Below, piece by piece: positions 1 to 9,598 of a stretch of DNA of 64,000 nt. The DNA comes from Sterolibacterium sp. (GTDB lineage Bacteria > Pseudomonadota > Gammaproteobacteria > Burkholderiales > Rhodocyclaceae): NCBI GenBank assembly GCA_023258955.1, contig JAHFRE010000003.1:1952-65951 (forward strand), written 5' to 3'. The notes below the pieces were generated by a model that saw nothing but the letters and a program-made list of their open reading frames with translations, was not told the DNA's origin and made no database searches. Position numbers and translations under genes: made by a program. Each line of letters opens with the position of its first letter. The first letter of the stretch is position 1.

Positions 1-963
1 TTGTCCAGTGATGCCGAGCGCGCGCTATGGGCTATCGTGAATTGGCCGCCGCTTGTGGCGCCGGCCTGCGCTGTATTGGCCTTCAATCTCAAGGCCGGCG
101 GGCGTGGTTGGAAACGCCTCAAGATTGCTCCCTGCCCTGAGCTGTATCGCGGGGACTCGGAGATCAAGGCACTGGAGACTGCCCTTGCTTCTGCGTTTAC
201 TCCTCGCAAGGGCACGCCTCGTGCATGCCAGATTGAGATGTTCGACCGCCATCTCGACGGTGGTGTCCAGTTGGGCATCCTAATCGAGGATAACCCGCAG
301 CGCCAGTTAGAGTTCGGCGAGGACGATCGCGTGCACTGGCGTGATACGCGCCCGCCGCAGGAAATGCATCTAGTGATCTATCCGACCACAGGCGTCATCG
401 ATATTATCGTCCCCGGTGGAAGGAAGAACCAGTCTGCTGTTCTAACCCTGTTGGGCCGCCATCTCCTGAACGCCGCTATTCAGCCCCAGGTTGTCGCGGA
501 GCCGATGTTGTTCCTGAATCGCCTTCGCGACGGATTCGAACTGTTCGACGACAGCCAGGTGGACCTCGCCGCTCATCACGTTGAACATATCCGATTGACG
601 CAAGCCAGGCTGCGTTCGGCACACCCTCCAATATGTGACGTAATCATCAAGCCCACCGGGGACAGGGAATCGCCCGATGCTGTCGCATGCTTGAAGTTGC
701 ATAGACTCAGCGACAGTTTGATGGGTAACGGTTTCAACATCATTGAAGCGACAGTGACGCTGTATTTTCTGCCCCGTGGGGCAACCAGGATGGGTCGCGT
801 CCTGCATATCGAGCTAAAGCAAGGCGGGATTACCAACTTACGCGACATGACGGAGGAAGATGCCAAGCTGGCCGAGGCTTTGCTAGTAGCCTGGAATGTG
901 ATGGACAAAGCGGTGGCAAATATTCAGCCGTCTGCCGATACCCAAGTGGACAGTGCGATTTGA
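1..963 (+). CDS. Hypothetical protein, probably 5'-truncated by the window edge
   Basis: Open from base 1 with no upstream stop in the window. GC-rich third codon positions. Stop overlaps the next ORF. No family recognised. Confidence 0.5.
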   Translation: MSSDAERALWAIVNWPPLVAPACAVLAFNLKAGGRGWKRLKIAPCPELYRGDSEIKALETALASAFTPRKGTPRACQIEMFDRHLDGGVQLGILIEDNPQRQLEFGEDDRVHWRDTRPPQEMHLVIYPTTGVIDIIVPGGRKNQSAVLTLLGRHLLNAAIQPQVVAEPMLFLNRLRDGFELFDDSQVDLAAHHVEHIRLTQARLRSAHPPICDVIIKPTGDRESPDAVACLKLHRLSDSLMGNGFNIIEATVTLYFLPRGATRMGRVLHIELKQGGITNLRDMTEEDAKLAEALLVAWNVMDKAVANIQPSADTQVDSAI

Positions 964-980
964 CGGGCGAGAAAGAAGTA

Positions 981-1946
981 ATGCCGAGCGCGCTGAACGA
1001 TAGAGCCCTGACAACGCTTTGTTGGTTGATCGAACAGCCAGATCCCCGACTCGCGCCTGACGCTATTTGGTGCGGTGACGATTCCGACGTCTACAGGCAC
1101 CTTCGCGAAATCGAAGCATTGACGCTTTCGAACGAACTTGCTGACGGAACTCTATGCAGGGAGTGCAGCTTTGAGGTAATTCGTCCCATTGCCAGCGACG
1201 GTGAATCGATGGGCGAGTTTCCCTATCGGGGATGTTGCCCCGGGTGCGGCTGGGTCGCGCTTCGTGCCGATCATGCAAATTGGTGGCATGCGCAGCCCCT
1301 GAAAATAGCCCGTTGGCTAAACAGCGCCATGAAACTTGCGTCACAGTACCGGGTTGAACCTGTTATCGATGGCGTGTTGTGGCGGATCGGCGAACGCGAG
1401 TACAGCCGCAGGCGACACGTCATCTTTTTTGGCAGAAGGCTTACCGCTGCAGCACTTGCAGTAAAAGACGCATTGAGCGCACTTGCCGCTCCTGGCTGTG
1501 AGATCGTCATCACTACGACCGATATCCAGCAACTCCGGGATACTCCTTTGCGAGATCGGAAGTTGATTCCACTGCGCGCGATTGCCCATTTGAAGAAGGC
1601 AGGATTCGTCGTCGAAAACCTTGTTACTTTCCTTCCCGCGATGGCTGCTGTTGAGGCCTCAGACGAGACCTCGCTACGACTGATGCATACGACGCGTGTC
1701 GCGCTGATTGGCGGCCAGGACCACAAGTTGTCACCACAGGTCTGTGCGTTCTTGAGCATTCTTGAGGATGCCGACGGTGACGAGGTGCACAAGCACTACA
1801 TCGCCGAGCGGATGGGACTTGAAGGCGGCTTTCGTAAGGCCGACGTCTTTAAGCGCCACAAGCACGTGTTCGACGCGTTTGTGCAGTACGACATCAAGGG
1901 CAACTACTGGCTCCGGCCTGAGTTCGTCATTCTGGAAAGGAGGTGA
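981..1946 (+). CDS. Hypothetical protein with zinc-ribbon-like motif
   Basis: ATG at 981 (alternative TTG at 960 overlaps the upstream stop). CRECS..(x26)..CCPGCG cysteine pairs near the N-terminus. No family recognised. Confidence 0.55.
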   Translation: MPSALNDRALTTLCWLIEQPDPRLAPDAIWCGDDSDVYRHLREIEALTLSNELADGTLCRECSFEVIRPIASDGESMGEFPYRGCCPGCGWVALRADHANWWHAQPLKIARWLNSAMKLASQYRVEPVIDGVLWRIGEREYSRRRHVIFFGRRLTAAALAVKDALSALAAPGCEIVITTTDIQQLRDTPLRDRKLIPLRAIAHLKKAGFVVENLVTFLPAMAAVEASDETSLRLMHTTRVALIGGQDHKLSPQVCAFLSILEDADGDEVHKHYIAERMGLEGGFRKADVFKRHKHVFDAFVQYDIKGNYWLRPEFVILERR

Positions 1947-2015
1947 CTCATCAACCCCATGATAGATACCCGGTTCGGGTATCGACACTTTTCCTTCCAT
2001 AGAAAGGATTCAAGC

Positions 2016-2240
2016 ATGAGCGGCAAAAATCAACACGTCGTCCGCCGTGACAATAGTTGGGCGGTACGCGGTGAAGGCAACAAGCGTGATACATCGCACC
2101 ACCAAACGCAGGCGGATGCCGAGCGCGCGGCACGCGAAATTGCCATTAACCAGAAGAGCGAAGTTCTCATCCACGGTGAAAATGGGCGCATCCGCGAGCG
2201 CAACAGCTACGGCAACGATCCGTTTCCCCCTCCTGGTTAG
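2016..2240 (+). CDS. DUF2188-like small protein
   Basis: ATG at 2016 preceded by AGGA. The pattern HVV..WAVRGEG..R....H.TQ.DAE.AAREIA......VLIHGENG.I matches my memory of DUF2188. Confidence 0.6.
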   Translation: MSGKNQHVVRRDNSWAVRGEGNKRDTSHHQTQADAERAAREIAINQKSEVLIHGENGRIRERNSYGNDPFPPPG

Positions 2241-2272
2241 GAGCTGACTACCCTACCGTAGCCGGCGACTAA

Positions 2273-2755
2273 TCAATCGCGTAAGGCTGCAGTGAGATCT
2301 TCGACGCCGGGAATATCGAGGACGGTCGAACGCAGATGCATGATGTGGCCGTTCTGGTGACGGCGAAACGTTGCCAGCGTGCCAACGACGTTGTGGGATA
2401 TTTTCGCGGCGCGGAGAACCCGCCAGTCGGCGTCAAAAACTACGCCGATCAGAAAATCAAAGTCGCGACCGTCCAGATTCCTGATAACGCCCATTTGGGC
2501 CGACGGATTGTCACGCGTCACGCGGCGGCCTTTGATCTGGTATCGCAAACCTCGGGAATCCGTCGCGTCGAACCCCTTTGCCGAGTTCGTTTCCAGGGTA
2601 AGTCCAAGCCTCGTGGACACTAGCCATTCGGCGTAGTCGCCCGTTGGGTTGTTTTTCGAGCGAACGACGCCGCGGGTTTTCAACTCATTGAGCACGGCAC
2701 TATGCAGCGAGAGAAGTTCAGCGATCGTCTGTCCGGCTAAATTTTCCGAAGCCAT
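2273..2755 (-). CDS. Small PD-(D/E)xK-like nuclease candidate (160 aa)
   Basis: ATG at 2755, 5 nt downstream of the stop of the 2761..3690 gene (same strand, operon-like). GDYAEW..FDATD..(x7)..YQIKGRR resembles a D...QxK nuclease core. Confidence 0.5.
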   Translation of the reverse strand: MASENLAGQTIAELLSLHSAVLNELKTRGVVRSKNNPTGDYAEWLVSTRLGLTLETNSAKGFDATDSRGLRYQIKGRRVTRDNPSAQMGVIRNLDGRDFDFLIGVVFDADWRVLRAAKISHNVVGTLATFRRHQNGHIMHLRSTVLDIPGVEDLTAALRD

Positions 2756-2760
2756 GGTCC

Positions 2761-3690
2761 TCAAGCCGCCTTGTCTAGTAGCCACCCCGTCAGCCCGCCT
2801 CTTACAGCCTGTGCTGCCAGTCTTTCGACGTCCCACAGGACGAAGTCCGGATCGTCGGCGGCCGCGGCCTCCTTTCGAAGTTCCTTGTCTGGCGAGTGAG
2901 TAACGAAGTAGAACCGAGAGAAACCGCGCATGTCTGCGTATTTCTCGCGGTAGGCGCGCCAGACGGCAGCAGTTGCTTTGGATTTGACCTGTACGGCGAC
3001 GCGCTCGCCCGTGACGGGAGATATGAGATCGAGGTCGATGTCCTTCTCCGTGCCACCGGAAACACCGACGCGCTGCCATCCCGACTGGCGGAAAACCAGG
3101 TCAGTCAATATCTCCAAGTCCTTCGGATGCAACTTCTTGATGATCGGAACCAATGAGGCCTGCAGGTTTTCGTACGCGGTTTGGGCCACCGCGACGTGTG
3201 GCTCGACGGTGCCGTTGATCTTGTGCAGTAGGTAGTCCAGGTCGGAGACGGTGCAAATCGTGCCTTGGTACCCCTGCACGGCCAGCAGACGTCCGCTCAG
3301 TTTCCCCTTGAGCAGCGGTTCGCCGCTGACGTCGCAGTCCTTCCAACCGCCGATGGCTCTTCGCTCCTTCTCGTTGCCCGCCAGGCGGGCGACGTCGCGG
3401 CCAGAGAAACACCACCAGAGCCGATCCGAATGGAACGTGATCCAAAGAACCGCCTCGTCCGCCTCGTAAAACTGCCGCACCTGGGTCGCGTGGAAGGTCG
3501 CCACACCTTTGTTCCGGCTAAACGCCATGGCAAGGCGTCTCACCTCGGGCCAGTCCCTGGCCATGCAGACTTCATGGGGGATTTCGATGTAACCGAAACG
3601 CATCGTTCCGTCCGCGAGGCAACTGGATTCCCATCTTCCGCCTTCGCCGAGTTTGATGAACAAAGCCCGCTCGGCCTTCACCAGTTCCAT
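2761..3690 (-). CDS. Mrr-type restriction-endonuclease-like protein with unassigned N-terminal domain
   Basis: ATG at 3690 with GGAG 7-10 nt upstream; the longer ORF to 3948 starts with GTG and looks less likely. C-terminal GGTEKDIDLDL-x11-VAVQVKSK matches the Mrr catalytic core (D..D/E..QxK). Confidence 0.65.
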   Translation of the reverse strand: MELVKAERALFIKLGEGGRWESSCLADGTMRFGYIEIPHEVCMARDWPEVRRLAMAFSRNKGVATFHATQVRQFYEADEAVLWITFHSDRLWWCFSGRDVARLAGNEKERRAIGGWKDCDVSGEPLLKGKLSGRLLAVQGYQGTICTVSDLDYLLHKINGTVEPHVAVAQTAYENLQASLVPIIKKLHPKDLEILTDLVFRQSGWQRVGVSGGTEKDIDLDLISPVTGERVAVQVKSKATAAVWRAYREKYADMRGFSRFYFVTHSPDKELRKEAAAADDPDFVLWDVERLAAQAVRGGLTGWLLDKAA

Positions 3691-3978
3691 CTTCCACTCC
3701 CCAGACCTATCTGTCCGGAATGGTAACCCGTATCGGAGAGGGGTTGCCATCCGACGAGCGGTTGCGGAAAGGCATTGAGAAATCTCATGCATAGCAAAGG
3801 CTGAAATCACTGAGATATCGGATTCAGTCCGCCGGATGTATTTCGCCCTGAAATAGCCCGCAGGCCCTGAATTGCCGTGAATGCCTGTGCTTTCTGTCCA
3901 CCTTGCCCACCAGTTTGCCCACCCCGTGCTTTCCACAATTCCCCTCACGTTTCCTCAATAACCGAAAGGAGCAATAAC

Positions 3979-4191
3979 GTGAGTATCAAACACCTTAACC
4001 AGGGGCAACTGGCTGAACGCTGGGGCGTCAGTGAAGCGACGCTTGAACGTTGGCGGTCTGACGGGGCCGGTCCGATCTACCTCAAGTTGCAGGGCCGCGT
4101 CATGTATCGCCTTGAGGACATCGAGCAGCACGAGGCCCGCAGTCTGCACAAGAGCACCTCGTCGCGTGCTGTTCGGGGAGAGACGGCATGA
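3979..4191 (+). CDS. Excisionase/AlpA-like helix-turn-helix DNA-binding protein
   Basis: GTG at 3979 with AGGAG upstream. LNQGQLAERWGVSEATLERWRSDGAGPIYLKLQGRVMYRLEDIE matches the MerR/Xis-type HTH pattern. Confidence 0.7.
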   Translation: MSIKHLNQGQLAERWGVSEATLERWRSDGAGPIYLKLQGRVMYRLEDIEQHEARSLHKSTSSRAVRGETA

Positions 4192-4658
4192 GCAATCAAC
4201 TTCTCTTCCAAGCGACCGCGATGCCGGCAACCAAGTTGTCCGAAGCGGCACCCGAGATGCTGCAGAAGCTGCTGATCGCGGCAACGGCAGAACTCAGCCA
4301 GGCGAAGAAGCAGCTGGAGCACATTGAGCACGCAGTCGACCTGCGCTATGCCGAGCAAGCCAAGGCGTTGAGGCTGGGCCAGGGCAAGGATACCGGCGTT
4401 GTTCACTTTGACGACGGCAGCATTCGCATCACGGCGGATCTGCCCAAGAAGGTCGAGTGGGATCAGACAGAGCTGGCTGCGCTCGTTGCCCGAATTACCG
4501 CCGCCGGCGACAACCCCGCCGAGTTCATCGAGACGGCCTATCGCGTGAGCGAAACCAAATACCAGGCCTGGCAAGAGTCCCTGCGGTCCCAATTCACCCC
4601 GGCGCGCACGGTCAAGGTGGGTAAGCCCACCTACCGGCTCGCGTTGATCTCGGAGTAA
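4188..4658 (+). CDS. Phage replication-module protein, possibly Gp157-like coiled-coil protein
   Basis: ATGA start/stop overlap with the upstream gene. Its size and position just before an AAA ATPase and an SSB-like gene match the Gp157/AAA_24/DUF669 module layout as I remember it. Confidence 0.5.
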   Translation: MSNQLLFQATAMPATKLSEAAPEMLQKLLIAATAELSQAKKQLEHIEHAVDLRYAEQAKALRLGQGKDTGVVHFDDGSIRITADLPKKVEWDQTELAALVARITAAGDNPAEFIETAYRVSETKYQAWQESLRSQFTPARTVKVGKPTYRLALISE

Positions 4659-4663
4659 CCAGC

Positions 4664-4948
4664 ATGCAGACAACGTTTGTTGAATCACTGCGCAAGAAGG
4701 CGATGTCACTGTCGGATGTTCCTGCCACCCTTCGCGTGCCAGGCTGTGGCGACAACCCGGGCAACCGCAGCCTTGTGATCGAGGATGCCAGCATCGATGA
4801 CCTGGCCTTCGCTATCCAAGGTCTAGAGAGTGAGATCTCCCTGATCTGTCGCCAGCTGAACGCCCTCCAGAAGCTGCATGACCTGGCGCGCGCTCGCGGC
4901 GCGATCGGCACCGACCGGATCGGCGTGATCTTCGGTGGGGAGGACTGA
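4664..4948 (+). CDS. Hypothetical phage protein
   Basis: ATG with GGAG upstream; compact spacing within the operon. Confidence 0.5.
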   Translation: MQTTFVESLRKKAMSLSDVPATLRVPGCGDNPGNRSLVIEDASIDDLAFAIQGLESEISLICRQLNALQKLHDLARARGAIGTDRIGVIFGGED

Positions 4949-4949
4949 A

Positions 4950-5771
4950 ATGGCCTTCCCCATCGTCACCGCTGACCAGCGCCTCGCAGAAAACCGTCGC
5001 TCGTCCGGCGTCATCCTCGGCCCAGCGGGTGTGGGCAAGACCACCTTGCTCCGGACCGCTGACGCCGCCAGCACTTTGTTCGTTGATATGGAGGATGGCG
5101 ACCTCGCCGTACGAGATTGGCCGTGCGACACCGTTCGGCCAAGGACCTGGCCGGAGTGCCGGGATCTCGCCTGCTTTATCGGCGGCCCGAATCCGGCACT
5201 GCGCGACGACCAAGCCTACAGCCAGGCGCACTACGCGCGGGTCTGCATTGAGTATGGCGATCCGGCCCAATTGGCCAAATACACCTTGATCTTCGTCGAC
5301 TCCATCACCGTAGCCGGCCGCCTGTGCCTGCAGTGGTCCAAGGGCCAGCCGCAGGCCTACAGCGAGAAGACCGGCAAACCCGACAACCGCGGCGCCTACG
5401 GCCTGCATGGGACCGAGCTCATTGCTTGGCTCACGCAGTGGCAGCACATCCGTAGCAAGGACGTCTGGCTCGTCGGGATCCTCGATGAAAAGTTGGACGA
5501 CTTTAATCGCAAGGTGTTCTCACCGCAGATCGATGGCGCCAAGGCCGCCCTCGAGTTGCCAGGGATTCTTGACCAGGTCATCTCGATGGTCGTCCTCAAG
5601 GCCGACGACGGCGCGCCCTATCGCGCCTTTGTCTGCCAGCACCTGAATCCCTGGGGTTACCCCGCCAAAGACCGCTCCGGCCGTCTCGACGTCGTCGAGG
5701 AGCCGCACCTCGGTCGCCTGATTTCCAAGATCACCGCGCCCAGCGCGCAGCAACGCACAGGAGAACTTTGA
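4950..5771 (+). CDS. AAA-type ATPase (AAA_24 / Sak4-like recombination ATPase)
   Basis: Walker A GPAGVGKTTLL and Walker B-like LIFVDSIT. ATG at 4950 lies after a GGGGAGG RBS. Confidence 0.75.
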   Translation: MAFPIVTADQRLAENRRSSGVILGPAGVGKTTLLRTADAASTLFVDMEDGDLAVRDWPCDTVRPRTWPECRDLACFIGGPNPALRDDQAYSQAHYARVCIEYGDPAQLAKYTLIFVDSITVAGRLCLQWSKGQPQAYSEKTGKPDNRGAYGLHGTELIAWLTQWQHIRSKDVWLVGILDEKLDDFNRKVFSPQIDGAKAALELPGILDQVISMVVLKADDGAPYRAFVCQHLNPWGYPAKDRSGRLDVVEEPHLGRLISKITAPSAQQRTGEL

Positions 5772-6397
5772 TGAACAGCACCTGCAACAACGATGCCTGG
5801 AACGACTTCAACGACGCCGAAGATCAGCGCGACTTCGCTCTGATACCGCCCAAGACGCTGGCCAAGGTCGTCATGACCATTCGTCCAGGTGGCTACGATG
5901 ACCCGAGCCAGGGCTGGACCGGTGGCTATGCGACCCGATCGGACAAGACCAATGCCGTGTATCTCAACGGCAAGTTCACAATCCTTGAGGGACCATTCGC
6001 CAAACGCGTGGTCTTTGGCCTGATTGGTCTGTATAGCCCGAAGGGCCCGGACTGGACCAATATGGGCCGCAGCTTCTTGCGCGCCATTCTCAATTCAGCC
6101 CGCGGCATCCACCCGAGCGACCAGTCGCCCCAGGCCCAGACCGCCCGGCGGATCCGTGGCTTCGTCGACCTCGATGGCATCGAGTTTGTTGCTCGCATCG
6201 ATGTCGAGAAGGACCAGAACGGCGATGACAAGAATGTCGTCAAAGCGGCGATCCAGCCTGATCACAAGAGCTACCCGGGGCTGATGGGTGCAGCGCCGCG
6301 GGCGCCGGCACCAAGCGGGGGTTATGGCGGTGCTCCCGCTGCAGCCCCTACGGCCGCGACCGGCGGTGTTCCAACACGCCCCGCGTGGGCGCAGTAG
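5771..6397 (+). CDS. DUF669-like phage protein (putative ssDNA-binding), Gly/Ala/Pro-rich tail
   Basis: TGATG overlap with the ATPase gene. The IPPKTLAKVVMTI..GKFTILEGPFAKRVVF pattern and gene position resemble DUF669. Confidence 0.5.
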   Translation: MNSTCNNDAWNDFNDAEDQRDFALIPPKTLAKVVMTIRPGGYDDPSQGWTGGYATRSDKTNAVYLNGKFTILEGPFAKRVVFGLIGLYSPKGPDWTNMGRSFLRAILNSARGIHPSDQSPQAQTARRIRGFVDLDGIEFVARIDVEKDQNGDDKNVVKAAIQPDHKSYPGLMGAAPRAPAPSGGYGGAPAAAPTAATGGVPTRPAWAQ

Positions 6398-6409
6398 GAA
6401 GGACGCGCG

Positions 6410-8080
6410 ATGATTCTCAGACCGCGTCAACGCGAGTTCGTCTCACGCTGCGTCGGGGCCCTCAAAACTCACGGCAATACGCTGGGGGTTGCCCCGACCG
6501 GTGCTGGCAAGACGATTTGCCTATCCGGCACCGCCGGCGAGTTTCTGGCCCACCCTGATGCCAAGGCCTGCGTGTTAGCCCACCGCGACGAACTGACCGA
6601 GCAGAACCGTACCAAGTTCGCACGGGTGAATCCAGGGATTAGTACCTCGATATTCGATTCCCGCCAAAAGTCCTGGGAGGGCCAGGCGACCTTTGCCATG
6701 GTCCAGACCCTGGTGCGCAACCTGGCCCAACTTCCTGCGCTTGATCTCTTGGTCATCGATGAAGCGCATCACTGCGCGGCAACGACCTACCGGCAGGTCA
6801 TCGACACGACCTTGGCCAGGAATCCGCATGCCCTGATCTACGGGGTCACCGCCACCCCTAACCGGGGCGACGGCAAAGGGCTGCGCGAAGTGTTCTCCAA
6901 CGTCGCAGACCAGATTCGGCTGGGCGAGCTGATCCGCTCTGGCCACCTGGTGGCTCCCCGCACCTTCGTGATCGATGTGGGTACGCGGGAAGCCCTCGAC
7001 GGCGTGAAGAAGTTGGCCGAAGACTACGACATGGCGGCGGTGGCGACCATCATGAATACCTCGCCCGTCAATGCCGCGGTGGTCCACCACTGGAGAGAAC
7101 GTGCCGCTGGTCGCAAGACCATCGCCTTCGGTGCCACGGTGGCGCATGCCCATGCGGTGTGCGATGCATTTCTTGCTGAGGGCGTGCCGGCCACTGTGGT
7201 GTATGGCGATATGCCCGAGGACGAACGGCGGAAGACGCTCGCGGCATTCGAGACCGGCAGCATCACGGTCATCGTGAACGTCGCGGTGCTCACCGAAGGC
7301 TACGACTACACACCCACCTCCTGCATCATTCTGCTGCGCCCAAGCTCCTACAAATCGACGTTAATCCAAATGATCGGCCGTGGGCTACGCACGGTCGATC
7401 CGAGCGAATACCCCACGGTCGTCAAGACGGACTGTGTTGTCCTCGACTTCGGTACCGCGTCGCTGGTCCACGGCAGCCTCGAGCAGGAGGTCGATCTCGA
7501 TGGTTTCGAGGGAACTGGCGAAGCACTGACGAAGGAGTGCCCAAGCTGTCTGGCGGAAATTCCTTTGGCCTCCCGCGAGTGCCCGCTCTGTGGCTATTCC
7601 TTCGAACAGGAGATGAAGGAGGAGAAGGGCGCGCTCGACGACTTTGTAATGTCGGAAATTGATCTGCTCAAGCGATCGAATTTCGCATGGTGTGACCTCT
7701 TTGGTGATGACTGCGCGCTACTGGCCAGTGGCTTCAAAGCCTGGGCCGGCGTGTTCTTCCTCGAGGGACGCTGGCATGCGGTGGGCGGCGCAACAGGTGT
7801 CGCGGTTCGCCTCCTCGGTATTGGTGAGCGCACCGTGTGTCTCGCCCAAGCCAACGACTGGCTAAACGAGCAGGAAACAGACGACGCCGCGCACAAGACG
7901 CGCCGCTGGTTGACAGAGTCCCCTACGTCAGCCCAGCTTCGGTACCTGCCAGCTGAGATTCGGTCGGACTTTAGCCTGACACGGTACCAGGCGTCGGCGC
8001 TGCTCTCGTTCCAGTTCAACAAGCCAGCCATCCGCCGGGTCATCAAGGCGGCGAACGACAACTTCCGGGAGGCCGCGTGA
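6410..8080 (+). CDS. Superfamily-2 DEAD/DEAH-box helicase with C-terminal zinc ribbon
   Basis: Motif I APTGAGKT, motif II VIDEAHH, motif III TATP, motif VI QMIGRGLR. CPSC..x13..CPLCG zinc ribbon. Confidence 0.85.
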   Translation: MILRPRQREFVSRCVGALKTHGNTLGVAPTGAGKTICLSGTAGEFLAHPDAKACVLAHRDELTEQNRTKFARVNPGISTSIFDSRQKSWEGQATFAMVQTLVRNLAQLPALDLLVIDEAHHCAATTYRQVIDTTLARNPHALIYGVTATPNRGDGKGLREVFSNVADQIRLGELIRSGHLVAPRTFVIDVGTREALDGVKKLAEDYDMAAVATIMNTSPVNAAVVHHWRERAAGRKTIAFGATVAHAHAVCDAFLAEGVPATVVYGDMPEDERRKTLAAFETGSITVIVNVAVLTEGYDYTPTSCIILLRPSSYKSTLIQMIGRGLRTVDPSEYPTVVKTDCVVLDFGTASLVHGSLEQEVDLDGFEGTGEALTKECPSCLAEIPLASRECPLCGYSFEQEMKEEKGALDDFVMSEIDLLKRSNFAWCDLFGDDCALLASGFKAWAGVFFLEGRWHAVGGATGVAVRLLGIGERTVCLAQANDWLNEQETDDAAHKTRRWLTESPTSAQLRYLPAEIRSDFSLTRYQASALLSFQFNKPAIRRVIKAANDNFREAA

Positions 8081-8517
8081 AATGTGCCATTTGCTCTCGG
8101 CAGGCGCGCGGATTCGGCTGCTACAACCCAGCACTTCCCCCTACCAGCTCTCGCCGTTACTCGGATCGATGGGTGTTTTGCTCGATGCGCTGCCAGTCGG
8201 CCTACGCCAACTTGATGGATCGCTTGACCAGCCTGCAGGAGGACGCCGTGATTGATCCCACCGACATGGAACTCGCCGCCATGCGGGCAGCAATCATTCC
8301 CCTGGGCGATTACGTCGCATCGATCGGCATGGATCGGCCGTTGGCTGACTACCGCAAGGAGGAAGTCCTGCGCCTGATCGAAGTCGTCATCGATGCCTAC
8401 CAGGCCCACATGCTCGATGAACACGAGCGAATGGCCGCCAAGGACCGCGCCTTTTTTGAACAACGTCTTGCCACTCCACCACAGCCTTCGGGCGCCACCA
8501 CAAGGATTCCCTTCTGA
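8077..8517 (+). CDS. Hypothetical phage protein with N-terminal Cys cluster
   Basis: GTGA overlap with the helicase stop. CAIC...C...C..RC cysteines. Confidence 0.55.
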   Translation: MKCAICSRQARGFGCYNPALPPTSSRRYSDRWVFCSMRCQSAYANLMDRLTSLQEDAVIDPTDMELAAMRAAIIPLGDYVASIGMDRPLADYRKEEVLRLIEVVIDAYQAHMLDEHERMAAKDRAFFEQRLATPPQPSGATTRIPF

Positions 8518-9272
8518 TGCTTGATCTTAACCACCAACCGAAATTCCACGAGCGGGTGACAGCCATCGTGGATACAGCCCTTCAGGCAGAAAGTGCTGCC
8601 CGCGCGAAGCGCCGATATCTGGGTGCCTCTCGCCTGGGTGTTGCCTGCGAGCGGGCGCTGCAATTCGAATATGCCGATACGCCGGAGGATCCGGGTTCGG
8701 AATTCTCCGGTCGAACGCTGCGCATTTTCGATGTCGGCCATGCCCTCGAGGACCTGGCCATCCGCTGGCTTCGCATGGCCGGCTTCGAGCTCTATACCCA
8801 GCGCAACGGCGGCGGCCAGTTTGGCTTCTCTGTTGCGGACGGCCGCATCCAGGGTCATGTCGACGGCATTGTCGCCGGCGCGCCGGCAGAACTTGGTCTT
8901 GCATTCCCAATGCTCTGGGAGTGCAAGACCATGAACGACAAGAACTGGCGCGACACGGCCAAGCGGGGTGTTTCCGTCACAAAGCCCGTCTACGCCGCCC
9001 AGATCGCGGTCTACCAGGCCTACATGGAGCCGTCGATTCCCGGAATATCCGGCAATCCGGCGCTCTTCACCGCCATCAACAAGGACACCCAGGAGCTGTG
9101 GTTTGAAGCCGTTCCGTTCGATGGCGGTCTTGCGCAGCGCATGTCCGATCGTGCCGTTCGTGTGATCCAGGCGACGGAAGCCGGTGAGCAATTGCCGCGC
9201 ATCGCCTCAGAGCCTGGGTACTTCGAGTGCAAATACTGCGCTTGGGCCAATCGCTGCTGGAGCCCGTCATGA
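8517..9272 (+). CDS. Cas4/RecB-like PD-(D/E)xK nuclease with Fe-S type Cys cluster
   Basis: GHVDGIV...LWECKTM core. C-terminal C-x2-C-x5-C (CKYCAWANRC) plus an N-terminal Cys, as in Cas4-family nucleases. Confidence 0.75.
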   Translation: MLDLNHQPKFHERVTAIVDTALQAESAARAKRRYLGASRLGVACERALQFEYADTPEDPGSEFSGRTLRIFDVGHALEDLAIRWLRMAGFELYTQRNGGGQFGFSVADGRIQGHVDGIVAGAPAELGLAFPMLWECKTMNDKNWRDTAKRGVSVTKPVYAAQIAVYQAYMEPSIPGISGNPALFTAINKDTQELWFEAVPFDGGLAQRMSDRAVRVIQATEAGEQLPRIASEPGYFECKYCAWANRCWSPS

Positions 9273-9598
9273 ATGCGCCGAAGCTGGGATTTGATCCACG
9301 CCTGATTAACCAGCGCACGAGACCGGCGGTTTCGACTTCAGCCATTGAGCGGCTATTGCTACGGCACGTCTTCGTCATTTGTCCGGAGTCGCGGCTGTGC
9401 GTAAACATCATTCGGCAGGTCTTCATCGATCTTTGCGGCCCTTCGCGCGAAGCCCGCCGTGATGCGCGCCGCTTCTTCTTGGACGGTCGCTTGGAGTACT
9501 GGTGCGACCTGGTGGACCTCAGTCCCGCCTTTGTGAGGGAAGTCGCCGTCAAGACAGGCTATCTCAACGTTTCCTCGCCAGGAGGCCAGCATGCTTGA
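9269..9598 (+). CDS. Hypothetical phage protein
   Basis: ATGA overlap with the nuclease stop; coupled to the primase gene. Confidence 0.5.
   Translation: MNAPKLGFDPRLINQRTRPAVSTSAIERLLLRHVFVICPESRLCVNIIRQVFIDLCGPSREARRDARRFFLDGRLEYWCDLVDLSPAFVREVAVKTGYLNVSSPGGQHA

Noticed and set aside
7594-8463. 289-codon antisense ORF across the helicase 3' end and the next gene
   Set aside because: It overlaps confidently assigned + strand genes and carries no motifs.
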